Shown in pieces: positions 12,601 through 27,500 of a DNA stretch of 64,000 bases. Below the pieces are notes generated by a model. It was not told the origin of the DNA. It worked only from the letters and a program-made list of their open reading frames with translations, and ran no database searches. Within the stretch, counting starts at the first letter, position 1. Each line of letters starts with the position of its first letter. Source of the DNA: Aplysia californica (taxonomy: Eukaryota); the NCBI RefSeq assembly GCF_000002075.1, contig NW_004798054.1, forward strand, positions 18,800 to 82,799. The letters are read 5' to 3'. The position numbers and the translations under genes were made by a program.

Positions 12601-15600
12601 ACAATACAGAGAATCAAATAGTTTTTTTCTGTATTGCTTCCAAATATCATGGTTCCTTTTTTAATGGTCACAGGATACTGACTGTTTCAAGATGAAACCT
12701 TTGCATATGTACTTTGTACTTTTTGTTCTTTATTGCTGCTTTTTATAGTCCATTTTGCCCTTTTTCCTCTGTTCATTTGAACTTTCATATGTCTTGGATT
12801 TAGGTGTTTTTTTAAATAACAGTACATCCAACTTTGCATTTGACACACATATTTAAAGAACACATAGACATTCAAGTTTGTTTTTGTTCACTTGACATCT
12901 CAATGTATGATTCTACCTCATACAAACATCTTTTTCTTTGTTGAATTATGGAAGACAAAATAGATACTTTTTATGAAACTATTATTTTGACCGTATCATT
13001 TTGATTAGAACTGAGTTTCAGGTTAGACAGAGTATGTTTTCCGGTGTGTCTTTGTAGTAAATTAAATACAGAAACAAGTGCTCTCAGCTGTCTTCAAAAT
13101 ACAGCAAGAATTCTTTATGAGTAATCTAAAAAAAATATTGTCTGTATTGAACTTGAATGGAGTTTACATTAATTTTTGCCTTTTTTTGTTTAACAGTTGA
13201 TGCTGACAAAACAGCAGTTGTCATCTGTAGGGCCAAAACGTGGTACAACATATCACCATGTTCAAGCAAGGATAAACACAGTAAGTTAAAATACAGACAT
13301 TGTGGTCCTTTGATAATAGCTCTGTACAAGTGCTAATACTGATTTTTTTAACTGCCATAAATAGCAGAAAAAGAAAAATACTTCACATTTTATGTTCGGA
13401 AAACACCCTTATTTAAAAATATATGCTGCTGTATGTTTTACATAACATGAATCAAGCATCCTTTGTGATTTTTGTTTTCCAGGAATATTTGTATTAAGTA
13501 TGGACAAATTTGTTTTACTGTTTTGCTGCAATTATAATTAACTTGTTTGTAGTATTATCATAATTAATATGAAAGTGGTGTTGCAGCTATGCTATGTATA
13601 GTTTTGATAAAAAATGAAGTATTCTTAAACTAGATTTGACTGGCGTTTGTTTTTCTCATTAGAAGAACACCTAAAGGTCTTGGCAGTAGCTATACTATTA
13701 TAGTGAGACAAGTTGTGCTCAGGAACACTGTTAATGTGCTTCTGTCATCTTTTGTGGATAGATGCTCTTTTGGGTATCTTCTTATATTTGTTACAGTTTT
13801 AAAGCATTCAAGTTAAAGCTGCAAGTTTTGTGCTTTGTTTCAGAATCGCCCAGCTAGTAAGCTTTCACAAAGTGCAGTTCAAATTGACCCTCGGATTACC
13901 AGAAATTTACGGGTCATGGGTCCACAGCCACAGCAGTCAGAATCGCAGCTCACTACAAATATGTAAGATTATCTGTGTGGTTGGTTTTAACATTTTTGTT
14001 GTGTTCAGCACATACCAAATTTTGACATGTCCTTTACTTTAGTTGACTGTGGTAAGAATTTCTTGTTGTGGTGACACAATTATGGAAAATGTCCGTTTGC
14101 AACATGCCAGAAAGTATCCAACAATCAGTGAGTTGCCTGACTGGAATAATAATAATAATAATAAATGACATTTATATAGCGCTCAACCCCGAATAAAGTA
14201 CACAGGCTCTGAGCGCTTTACAATACAGTACAACATACAACAGTAACATGAAACGTTGTGTTCTGACTAAAGAAAATTATTCCAAATATTCATCTTATTA
14301 ATTTAAAAACAGAAACGACTTCAGCTGACATTTGAATGAATCAAAAGATTTGATTTCTCTCAACGTACTTGGTAAAGCATTCCAGATCTTGGGGCCTTGG
14401 TATTCAAATGCCCTTTCACCCATTGTTTTAAGTTTCATAGATGGTAAAATAAATTTCTTTTTTGTCAGCTGATGATCTTAAACTGCGAGTTGGAATGTAT
14501 AGTCTTAACAGATTTGATAAATATGATGGTGCATTATCATTCAAACATTTGTGACATATGGTGGCCAACTTGTACACAATCCTTTTCTCAACAGGAAGCC
14601 AATGCAAAGTTCGTAAAAGAGGTTTAGCAGAATCTCGCTTTCTTTTCCGTAAAACTAAACGTGCTGCATTGTTTTGGACAGTTTGAAGTCTTTTAACTTT
14701 CTCCAGTGATATTCCTGATAACAAGGAGTTACAATAATCGAGTTTTGATAAAATTAAGCTAGTTACTAGAATACACCAGTTTTGGCTAAAATGGCCATTC
14801 TTTTCTGGTTATTAGAAGTCAGATGAAATATGACAGTCATTATTCAAAGAACTGTCATATATGAATGATTTTGGGAAGGATGACATTTGAACCCTTCATC
14901 TTAATAAAGTACAATTATCAATCAGTGGAATTTCATCATTGTGTAAGGTTCTGCTTTTATACCTATGACACTCATAAAAGTTTACTAGCCTTGTTAAAGA
15001 TATGTATGCTTTATTTTTTCTAAATTATTCTGTTTATAGTCAGATTTTGATGTGCATCATTGTTATAAAAATGAGGCATTTTATTTGAATACGTTTTATG
15101 AATTATGATCTGTAGCCGGCTCCCTTGGTGGTGTGCTCACAGAATCAGGTATCAGCGTGGAATAAGGCGGGATTTGATTGTTCAAATGAGCTTTGTAATG
15201 TGTTTCCTTTTAAGAATTGTAACTCTCCTGACCTATGTACAAAATACAAGAAGAGTAAGGTTAAAACTGTTTAAATGTGTTTTTTTATATTTAACTTTTC
15301 TGCACCTACACTTTGAAGCACAATACAGGAAATATGTTTTTAGCCTTCATATATCACCAATTGTTTTTTATCTGTTCATTTTGCTTCTATAATATGCTAA
15401 TAATTATCTCTGAGATGTGAACTTCAAACAATAATGGAAATTTTCTGTTTTCCCATCAGGTCTTCAGGACCACGCTATGGGCACAGTGTTTTGGAAGCAA
15501 CTCGGGCTGAGAAAAGCAAATTGTGAGTACTGCTGCTGTGCAAGCAATGAAATGCTCAAGTGTTACCATAGATTTTGTATTTGTAAAGGGGATGTTAGAT

Positions 15601-18600
15601 TTAATTATGTGGACAGAATTTATTATATATATCTCCCCAGAACAATTTATATTTTTCAAACAGGAGGAGTTATAAATAGAATGAACTTATTGAAAAAGTC
15701 AAAAGCAACCATAATAGGTGTAAAAATATATATTGTAGATATTTGTGACGAAATTGATGCCAGTGTATTTTGGACGTGTAAGGGATATCTCGACTTATGT
15801 TCAAGTGGTTATACTAATGTTAATACCATTGATCATGTGGTCCTACTTCCTGCCATTTCTTTATTTTGTATTATTACTGGTATTTTTAAAAAAAATGATA
15901 CTTCTGGAAATTAAGATTTACAGTGTACTTTTTTTAGTATCGAAGAAATTACTGTCTATTTGTGTTAATGCTAAGAGATATGGTTGCTGGTTAGTTTACT
16001 CTCATTTTGACCACCTGTTTTAGTCATTTGGATGGAAGTGACCTTTCGTCTTAATTAGTTATTTCCTTTGTAGTTTGAATACACATGCGATTTTATTGTT
16101 GCATATATAGAATTTTGCACATTTGGAAAAAAAAATGATTTTCCCCAGGGAAGACTATTTGGCTTCAATGAGAGAACAGAACCAGATGTATGAGATGCAG
16201 ATAGAAGAACTGAAAGAGCAGCTTAAACTCAAAGAGTCTGAATATGAAGAGGACATACTTAAGATTAAACAACAAATCACATCGGAACAAAAGTAGGTTT
16301 GGTTGTTTTGTAGATTGTCTGCATTTTGTCATGATTAAAAAAATAGTGGTTGGGTGGTTGGCGGGTGCTCTGGCGTGGTTTGCTTCTTCTTTCCTGTCAG
16401 AACTGTAATGTCCTTATCTCCCCTCCTTTTTTGTGTTTGTTACTCTCTTGTGACACCTCTAATCTTCGGCACTTGTATGACATTATTGTCTTGCAAGTGC
16501 CGTAAAACTCTTACTAAAACTGAAAAAAAATTGTTTTACTTTAATTCTGAGCTTTAAACACATTTCTGAAATCAGGACTTAAGATTGATATTGAAAAAGT
16601 AGATGAAATTGTTCTTTAAATTAGGGTATTATTGCGCCTTGGCATGCCACTTTTTCTGAAACCCAAGCAATTTCAAAAATATAGATATAATGCATTCATT
16701 ATTTGGAACTTTGGTAAAAATGAAGTTTTAAAAAATGGGCTATGATGTTAACAATGCCCTCATTCAGTGAGAATGGATCATGTAGTAATGTTTATTGTAT
16801 ATTTACACTTGCTATTTTTCTTACTTATTATGATGAGGGATGGCTTTACAAGAGTAGTACATATAGCAATGAAAAGGATTATTGTCCTTCATGCTTAGAC
16901 TGTTAAACTATCTTTGCAGTATTTGTCAATTAAAGAAAAGCATTATGAAGGCTCTCCTTTTCTTGCGGATTTTGTGAGCTGTGTTGGTTGACACAATGAG
17001 TGCAATGGGTTTTTTTAGCTTTTGCATGGCTTTTAGCATAAAAAATTACAAATAACCACATGTGGTGTCATGCCTGGAAGTTGAATTGATGAAACAATTT
17101 TGTTTTTCAATTGTTGTTTCAGAGTCAATCTTCAAGAAAATATTGATATGATTAAACTGCAGCGAGATGTGAAAGAGAAGTCCACCATGCTGATTGCCCT
17201 GCAGGACAGATATCAACACATGGAAGAGGTTTGAGCAACATTCACCTATTTTTAATGCATTATTACCAATGAAATTTAGAAATGAGGCATGTACTGGTAA
17301 AATGATTTTGAATTTTCTCTTTTTTGTTTTGCATGAAAAATACTATTATAAAAAAATGGTGATATTAAAAGAGAAAGAAAGCATTTGTTGAAATGTTAAG
17401 AGAAGACGGGAAAAAAGTAAGCTTGTTTAAATAAAATTAATAGATTTAACTCATTTTATGGGCACTGCAAAGTTTCTTGCCTGCAAATTTCCTTGGGAAT
17501 TAATTGTGTGTTTCAGCGTTTTAGTAGAATAATATGGAGATCTCCCCCCCCCCCCCCCCCCCCCCCCCCCAACTGACTGAAATTCAAATTTTAACCAAGG
17601 AATGGTTCTATTTATAAACATCCTTCCCCCCATTTTTGAAATTTTATCACCAACCTCACTTTGAGAAGTATAAGTATGAGATAACTGAAGTTTGTGATGG
17701 CCTTTGTATGTGTACAGAGTAGTCGAGCTGTGAAGCAGAGCCACGATCAGATCTTGCGGGAGATGGAGCATCTCAACCTGCAGTTCCAGGAAGAGCAAAA
17801 CAGGAACCTCAGCCTTCAAAATGAGCTCAAGATGGCGGGAACATCTCAGAAGAAAGCCATGGAGGTTAGTTTTAGGGTTTGTTATTTCTGTTTTGAAATT
17901 GTAGATACTTGAGAGTTAGTTATCCAAGTATATATACACAGTGAGGAAGGATTCCCCCCCCCCCGACTTAATGGACAATCAAAGCTGTTGTATCGGTTAC
18001 AAATAACTTTTTTCTTCTGCTAGAGCTTTTGGAATAGGGAAAAGGTGAAATAAATTAATTGGACATTGTAAAATAATGGTGTTGTCTAACTCCCAATTTT
18101 ATTTTTGTGCTTGACATTCAAGGGTTTTTTTCATGGATCATCAGGCACTTTGAAGAGTGACAATTAAAGTCCATTGATATAATCATAGGAAGTTTGGATA
18201 AAAAGCCTGAAAAATTATCTGGAGCCTAAGCTTTCAAAACAGGCATATAATGTAGTATTCTTTTGTAGCATTACACATTATCAAGCTAAAAGGCTCAGGA
18301 TTTTTTTTGTAGCCCGTTTGTACTTTTGTATATATATTTTATTTTTAGAAAAGAAGTATTGCAACTGAAAAGGAATATAAACTGTTTTTCTTTTAGCTCC
18401 AAGAACAGATCTCAGACCTCGAGAAAGAGTGTGCTGTGCTGAAGGAGGCCAATGAGAACCTGGTGGGAAGGTACTGTGTGGTGTTGTCCTGTTGTTTGTG
18501 TTTTGATTATGGTGTTGGTATGCACCTTTCCTTGTTTGAAATTTCATATGAGAAGGATGGATAGTAGTTACATCATTCATTCCTTGTTGTTATTAAAAAG

Positions 18601-21600
18601 CATGAAGAGAATGTGAATAGAACAAGATGATTATTTTTTAAAGAAAGATGTTATGTTTGTTCATAAAAATGTTAATGGTTTGTTGAGGTCACTTTTTAGA
18701 AAAAAAACTGATAATGATTGAAGCATCTTTTTTTCACCTTTATCTCGTGTAATTCTGTAATTCCCTGATACTTGTATTTTGTACATCATTGTTCTGAACA
18801 ACCAAAAGAATGAGTTAGCAAGAACAAATGGATTTTGAGTGAGGAGTCACAAGCCCACATTAGCTCTCTTAACCATTTTTATATACGAACTCTGTATTTA
18901 GTAGTTTTCTGTATTGTTCACTCTAATGCTTACTTCAAAATATAACATAAAAATTGAATTTAATTTACAAGCGTTAATTGTTTACATTTGCACATTTGTT
19001 ATTCCTATTTCTTTTCTTTTCATGTGGTGGTTGACAGTGCCTTTGACCTGGAGCGAGAGCGGGAGTGGCGTCAAAAAGAGAATGCGCTGAAAGTACAGAT
19101 AGCACAGCTGGAGGCAACAATGAAGTCTGACCTCGGGGAGAAGGGCAGCATCATAGACAGATATGCTCAAGAGAGAGGTGATTTGAAAGTGCTGTTGTAT
19201 GGCTGTGTCAAATTTGTGCAATTTTTGGGTTGTTTTTTATTCCCTGCTTTCATTTTTTTTTTCTTTTGGTTTAATAGGTGGGGGAGGGGTGAAGGGGTTG
19301 CAACTTTCCTCCATCTGGCTGACATGTCCTGAATGTCCTCTAGAGGAACTTAATTTTAAAGTGGAGAACTTAGGCGTCTTGCAGCTCAGCCATATGGGAG
19401 GAGTGCCTGCAGGGTTGGGTTGATTTAAATCAAGTTGATTTAAATCAGTTGATTTTTAAAATTTAAATCAACTTGATTTTTTAAATAAAAATCAGTGATT
19501 TAAATCACTTTTAAAAAAATTTATTTTTATTCAGTTTTTACACATTTCTACATTCAGAATTCCTTTCCTTGGTTTCATAAAACACATATAAGGTTTAGTA
19601 GACTAATATAATCATGCTTAAAAGTCTGCTTTCCCCCCTTTCACTGTAAAATAATACAGTCTTCAATTTACTTTTTTTCCCATAATTGAAATCAGAGCTG
19701 GGTTGATTTAAATCAGTTGATTTTTTTTATTTTAATCAACTTGATTTTTAAAATAAAAATCAATGATTTAAATCACTTTTTTTAAAAATGTATTCAGTTT
19801 TTACATATTTAAACATTCAGAATTCCTTTCCTTGGTTTTATTAAACGATATAAGGTTTAGTAGACTAATATAATCATGCTTAAAAGTCTTTTTTCCCCCC
19901 AGTCGCTGTAAAATAATACAGTTCTCAATTTACTTTTTTTCATAATTGAAAACCAGGGTTGGGTTGATTTAAATCAGTTGATTTTTTTTATTTAAATCAA
20001 CTTGATTTTAGAAATAGAACTCAGTGATTTAAATCACTTTTAAAAAATGTATTCTGTTTTTACATCTTTAAACATTCAGAATTCCTTTCCTTGGTTTTAT
20101 AAAACAGATAAAAGGTTTAGTAGACTAATATAATCATGCTTAAAAGTCTGCTTCCCCCCCTGTCGCTGTAAGTAGTAAAATAATACTGTATTCAATTTAC
20201 TTTTTTTTCATAATTGAAATTAGCATTTTCTTTTTCTTTTTAGACAAACACAAGCACGCGCACACACACACACTGTAATAAAATGCAAGTTTATCTATGC
20301 ATAATTACCCCCCCCCCCCTTCCTTTTAGACTGACATTTTCTTCATTTTTTGTTTGCAGCCATAACTCACTGATATAGCAGATTAAGGCTTTCTAAAATT
20401 GCAGTTGCTTAAATTAATCATTAGTTAAAATAAAGACAATGCATTTTGCACTAAAAGAACTTACTTTTAGCCTCCAAAAATCCCAAACTGTGTCGACATT
20501 TTCAAAAAAATCAAAAAAATCAAAAAAATCCGATTTAAATTTAAAAAATCTGATTTAAATTTTTAAAATCGATTTTTTAAATTTTTATTTAAAAAATCAA
20601 AAAAATCACCAACCCTGAGTGCCTGCTGTCTTTCTTTTGTCCCTTTCTGTGAAGAATTATCTCCTCTTTGGTTTATTGTATCTTCTCCTTCGGGTGCCAT
20701 ATCTGAAACAGACATTACTAGGCATCATTCTCTTTATACTGTGTTAATATGTGTCTGTTTTCTTGAAAGTGTTTATTGTGGCTTTTTAAAATTTTGCTTT
20801 ACTTTGACTTTTTATGTTTTTAGTTCCAGCAACATTTTGATACTGTCTCTCAATAGTGTAATACAGAATATTTCCAACATCCAATAAATAAGTTCCAAAT
20901 CACGTACTATTAGAGATGAGTTTCTGCACGTCCTGATTGAGATGGGAATATTTTGGAGCATTTGTCATCCACATATCGTCCAGGTTCTGATTCTCATACT
21001 TTTTTTTCTAATATGGTTTCAGATGCTCATGAGAAACTGCAAACAGAGAACAGAGAACTGAAAATTGAGTACTACAGTTTGAAAGAGCAGATGGATGACC
21101 TCAATGAGAAAATGAAGTTCTTTACAAAGGTTTGTTTTGTTCTATAAAAACAATGACCTGTGATTATTCTGGTGTGTGTGTATGCTAGAAATGCATCAAA
21201 TAACAGTGTTGTGCAATGATCTTTGCATGTGGGTGAGGAAGGTGATCATGAAAATAACGGAGAAAATCAGGACTGAATTTTCAATTCTGAAGAATAGATA
21301 GGCAGCCTTTGACTTTTATTGTAAGTCAGTATTATATCTTGGGAATGTAAATGATAGTACAATAACTCAAAAGACTCACAGACTGTGAATTTAATTTAAT
21401 GTAAATGTTGTTTGTTCATTCGTGGTGGTCGCCCAAATAAATTATAATAACAGAAAAATATGCCGTAGTCAAAGTTTGATGAAATTAAATTTACCAGCTT
21501 GCAAAAAACCTCAGATACTCCCTCTGATTTGAGATAAGCCCATAACTTGAACTAACATGATGTTGGTTAATGACCAATGTACAAAAGGAAATGGAATATA

Positions 21601-24517
21601 AGCATGAATAATAAACAGTGTTTTTTAAAATGCATGTTGAGACCTCTTAAGATAAAAGATTATTATGAACAGCTGAGCTAATCCAAGGTAGCATAATTCT
21701 AATGTTTTTGCTGTTAGCTATGGAAGGAATATTGCAAAATATTTGGAATCCGAACCATGTACAATTCACAGGAGAGTGAGGTGGACTTCACAGAGATTGA
21801 GGAAGCCCTGGTGCTGATCAAACAGAAGAAGCAGCGTGAGCAGGCTCCTCCAGATTTCCTACAGGCTGTGGACGACGAACTCAGCAAAGGTAACTCTTGA
21901 GCCTTTTGTTGACTTCCTCCGATAGCAAGGGTGTCTGCTGAATTTGTAACAATAGATTCATCAGACACTTGCTATCTAGTTGTGAGTATGTGTATTTGCC
22001 TATAGTTTAGTGTTAGTTGGTATTTGTCTTTGTTTGTATTTAAATTGTGATTTTCATGCCTGTGAAATGATTTCGCTTTGTCTCACTCTAATTATTAATC
22101 ATAGCAATGGTCAGGTGTTAAAACAGAAACTGTTTGTACTGAGTGTCTGAGAATGAGTAACCAACTTGTTAGCTTGTTAATTTTTCTTTATCCCTCAGTA
22201 TGATTTGAATGTGAGAACATATGATTTCAGTCATTCTGTATAATGATTATATGTGAAACAGTGACGTTATCACAAAGAGAAATGGGAGTATGAGTGCTTG
22301 TCATCTTCTATTGGTTTGGTGTGTTAGAACTGTCGTTTTCTGAGTTATGGGCTGGTGAGGTTCCACAACTATCAATTTCATAATTACTCCTCTCCTCAAC
22401 CCTGCAATGTGAGTTGACTAGACAGCATAACTCAAGCTTTCCCTCATCAAATTTATTTCAAATACCATGGTGTGTATGTTAATGTATACTGATGGTGTCA
22501 TACTGTAACCATGTAACTGGGAGAAATAGGTCAACTCTTTTTTGTCCTAAAACTATTGTGGAGGTCGGTGTGTGGGTCGTCAATAAAGATAAGAAGTTAG
22601 CATGCATTATAGATAGTGAATCTCATTTAAATGCGAAGGCTTTTTTGTGTGTTCAAAATACTTCATGAAACCAGTTACAAGCTTAGAGTGTTACACCATC
22701 GATATATTCCTCTAGATCACAGAAAAGCCCTGGTGGAGCTACAGGCTGAGTATGCGGAGACAGTTCATGAGCTTGAGAAGACTCGCAACATGCTTGTAGT
22801 TCAGCACAAGATCAACAAGGACTACCAAACTGAGGTATGGAGCATGGTGCTGTTTCTGAGCATGAATGCTGATACATGAACACCTTGGTGTAACACGCTT
22901 CCCCCCCCCCCCCCCTAAAAAAATAATTTACGGGCATCTGTTTTTAGTGACAAATTGAAAGAAAAGTTTTTAAAAAATTAGTAAATAACCACCATATCTC
23001 TAAACGCGAAAAGTTTGTAGAGTTTTCTTTCAGACATTTTTCACATATCTGCATAGCTGAAGCACAAGAAAATTGGATACAGAATGATGTTATGTATAAT
23101 GAAACACTTCAGCATAGATCTCCTCTTTCAGATTGGAAATTTGTCTGTTGTGGTGGCAGTCACTGTGTTTAATGGAATCTATCCAGGGGTTTGAGCTCAT
23201 TAAAATCTTCTTTGTAGCCGGGTGTAATCTCCGTGTGGAAGACACTATCATGAGTTATGTTGGGTTTAGTATATGAAGAGTAATTCTGTAAATCTGTAAT
23301 GACCTGAAAGTCTCTGAAGTAAGCTGATGTACATCACTATAAACCATAAAGAATTGAAGAAATTGAGGTAATAGGGAATGGAATCTTGAAATCTTTTTCT
23401 TCAAATAAAGCTATTTGAGAGGGCCTTTGATGTGTAGACTTGAGATGATTGAATTTTCTCAAGTTTTCAAAAGCCGTCTCCGCCTCTTATGAATGAGTTA
23501 ATTTTTTAGAGAGTTTAACAAACCCATATTTTATAATATGTGAGGCAGCATGGTGAATTAAAGTGCTCATCAAAACAATGAAATCAAAAGAAAGTGGCAT
23601 TTTTCTAGTCATTGGGCGATTTTTTCTGAATGTTCTTTTTTGGCTCAATACCTCTTATGTCCTTTTTGTTACAGAAAAATGTTCAGTAAAGGAAATAAAA
23701 GTTAATTTCCAGTTTCCAAGGACACCCAAACTTTGGAATTCACCAAACTTTAGTAGCCATTTTCTTGCTAATTTTACTTCTCACACAAGGCAACCCCCAT
23801 CTCCCTCAATCTCAAATATCTTGACTTTTGTTTTGGGTAGATGGGTATTTTTTTCACCATATGCAAGACAAATGAACAAGCTTTAAGATGATATTAATAA
23901 CTCTATGTGCCTAAACATCGACGAGCGCCTGATTTTATCGTGTCACAACACATCACTCCAGTGTAAACATACTTTTCCTGACAGGTCAACCTTGCCACAG
24001 GCAAATTGGATGAAGTCAAGAGAGAGTATGAGATGAAACTGGATGAGTATGCGAGGCTGTTGGATATTCGCGCTGCAAGGATCAAGGTAGAAAATTCATA
24101 GCAAAGGAGACAGCAATATGCACACTCTTAGATTGGGTGGCTAATGTTTGACTTTTTCATTGAATTATGAAATCTGTTATTTATCTGGGAATTCATGAAA
24201 AATTAAATTAAATGACATTTTATTGATCCCTGTAGGTCAATTTAGGTTACAATGGAAAACATACATACATAAATACATAATAATAAATACATACATACAT
24301 GAATACACAATATTTCACCAATACAGAACAATTTCACGAACATGCCAGAGCTATTCATTTCTCAAATATTTTACTATTGTCTTTAAGATGTATGGTGTTT
24401 ATACTCAATTCATTGGTTTGGTTGTTTTTATCAATTCCCTTCTAGAAATTGGAAACTCAATTGCGGGATGTTGCTTATGGCACAAGGCAGTATCGACTAC
24501 CTCCTCCTGATGATGAT
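9616..24517 (+). CDS. RPGRIP1L: RPGRIP1L exons 1-17: N-terminal coiled-coil region
   Basis: E/K/Q/L-rich heptad-like translations such as [16 protein letters not shown] and [15 protein letters not shown]. The start ATG at 9616 (AAAATGG) follows an acceptor at 9590-9591, so a non-coding exon lies upstream. Confidence 0.92.
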
Positions 24518-27500
24518 GTGAGTAAACATCACACTCTTCATTTAGTTAGTGAGATGTTCATTGACTTTGTGTTTTATTATATTTAAAATTTGAAAAATAT
24601 GTGGCAGTATAACGTAGGCCTATATAGGGCATTGTGATTTGTTTCCCTCTTTACACAGTGAAGCCTCTAAATTGCTTTGTTGGAAACATGACAAGTCTGC
24701 GGCAAACATTAATTTGCAATCTGAAAAATATGCTTTATAGTGGACATGGTTTTTCCATTTTCATGTACATGTAAACACACACTCTGACAGAAGAATATGT
24801 TGGAGCTCTCTCAAAAATATTTATTTTTATTAACGCGGAAACAAATTCTACAGACTTATTTTCAGAGAGAGGTAACAGAATTTGAATAAAGTCTGTATGT
24901 TTTTTCTCAAGCAAGTAGGGAAGGCTTGTATGTCAGAATGTCCAGCTGAGATTTGTTTAAAGAAATGCAAACTTGTTCTGTAGTGATAGTGCTGTGTATT
25001 TCATTCAGACAACTGCTTGCGTTTAAATTAATTTTGAGTGTATCTATCTGGAAAGCGTTGCAACCAGTGGTGAAAAATTCTCTTTTTAATAGTTGGTACT
25101 CACTTTTGAAAATAATATTGTTCATCTGGTGTACTGTGTAATTTGTTTGTCAATTTGTGAAAGAGAATATAAGCTGTTTTTTGTTTCTGTCTTCTCAGCT
25201 TGATTCCACTGCTGATCTTGATGAGACCATCAGCCTTGAACGAGGACAGAATCTTTTTGAAGTTCATATTGACAAGGTAAAGTTATCAGTAGCAGTTTGG
25301 ATACTTCAAGGAAACTTTTTTATTACTGTTTTTATGGTCTTGTGTTGACCTGAAAATATGTTTTGGGGTGGGGTGTGAACATTATTTTATGGTATGAAAA
25401 TGCACTGACTTGTTTTGTGCCAAATATGTTTAAATTTGAAGGCAAAACACTTGATTCTATGGGGGCATAATACTAGAATCTCCTGGTCTTGTGGAAAAGA
25501 AAGAAAAAGAATACCTTCCCCAGGCTTTCCCTTGGTTGCATGTAGATTTGACTCAGCAACTGGGTATGAGGGATAGGATACTTTTGTTGCCTCAACATCA
25601 GTCGTTTCAAAATCAATCGTCATATGTAGCGTAAAAAGTAGCGTCTCATACAGCAATGAGAACATTTTTACACAGTGCTCTGATTTTATAGAAAGGTGCT
25701 ATAATTTTTATATTTTGAAGTCTTTTTGACGGTGAAATGATTATGCTCTTTTTGCCCTCCAGGTGTCACTGTCTAAGGATGCACTGAGAGTCATTGGAGA
25801 TGAGGAGCCGTCTCTCTTCTGTATGTGGGACTTCTTTGAGTTTGAGAGTCTATCTACACCAGTAGTGAGGGGCTCTAGGTGAGGACTTTTGTTAGTTTAT
25901 GTTTGTGGTAGTGAGAATGTTTAAGAAATCAAGATCTAGGTCTGTTCCATCTCTCATTAAAAAAAATAATTGTGAAAATGTTTTTGCAGAATTTAGCTAC
26001 TAATTCAGACTATAAATAAATGCTTTAGGTAATTTACTTATGTTTAATATTCTGACCTTGTGAACTTAGTTCTCATTTGATGTATTTTTGTCTTCTTGAG
26101 TTTAAGTGAGAGACTCGGACTCATTTGTATGGAGATTTGTTTCTTTATTTTGATATTTAAATATTTTTGTGGAAGGCTCTGAAGGAGAATTTATATTTTC
26201 ATAGGAGATAACATTTTAAAATTTCTAAAATTTTGTGAATCCGTGATTTTGTCAATATAATAGGAACCATCCTTCCCTTTATGTACTGTGATCAAATATA
26301 TGAACTGATATGCGTACATTTATTTTCCGAAATGTCCTATTCATTATAAAAAAATACATTAGATATATATTCAGTTTTTACTGGCTCTCACAGTTTGTAT
26401 AAGAATGTAGACAGACTGAAGTAAGTGTTGGGAATTCAGGGTAGCTCAATGACTGATTATTTTATTGATAATATAGTAAAGTTTGTATGTGTAGTTGTAC
26501 AAGTTGATTTCTCTTTGTTAGTTTGTTCTTTTTAGAAATTCCAAGTATTGCTTTTTTTTCAGGCCCATGTTTGACTTCACCTCACAATACATCGTCAAAG
26601 TCGATGATTTCTTCCTGCACTATCTTCAGAAGGTAAAAGATAATTGTACTCCAGGAATCTTGGTTTTGGAAACCAATTATGAATTAATGAGCAATTCGGC
26701 AAATGCAGCTGGTTTATATAATGAAACAAGTTTTTTTTCTTACAACTCTTTAGCAATGCTTGAAAAAATTAGTAAAGATTTTTAGTGTATCCAGGTTATT
26801 GTCTTTTAGAGAAGAGGAGAAACCAACAAATTAGGTGCTAGTCTTGGTGAAATGGTAAATATGATATGAATTGAAATTTGACCTATATGTGGACTACTGA
26901 AAGTTCTTACTTAGAATAAGGACAGGAAAGTTCTATATAATTTAGCTGTGAAATGTTTGGTAAATTTAGAAGAATTTGATAAATAGGCTCAGTGCTGATG
27001 TTTTGCTTGTGATTGATCACCATAATTCTTAATTCTGAAGAAATGAGAATTCTGCTCCGTTCATCATCATCAAATGTGTCGAGGTGTGCAAAATAATGCT
27101 TACTGTAACTTTTGCCTTTGTGTTCTCAGGATTCTTGCAGACTCGAACTGTACCAGTCATTTGGACAAGATTACAGCAAAATTGCTGTATGTCAGCTGGT
27201 CTTCAGGGATATTTTTGATAAACCTCATGGACGAATTCATGGCACTGCCTCTCTTACCGGTAAGTTGTCACTAAAACATGTTGAAAGGCAAAGCCATACT
27301 GCTCTAAGCTGACAAAATGACCTTTTTTCTTTTTTGGGTCCTAATTTTTTTAATTTGCCTTATTGATAGTCAGATCATTTACCCTACTTGTGTGAAAAAA
27401 TCAGAGTGGAACTGTTTCTAGTTTTTGAATTAATGAGAATTCAAGTTTCGGAAGAACACCTTTTTAAAATTGATGTGCCTACAAAACGCCTGTTATCACA

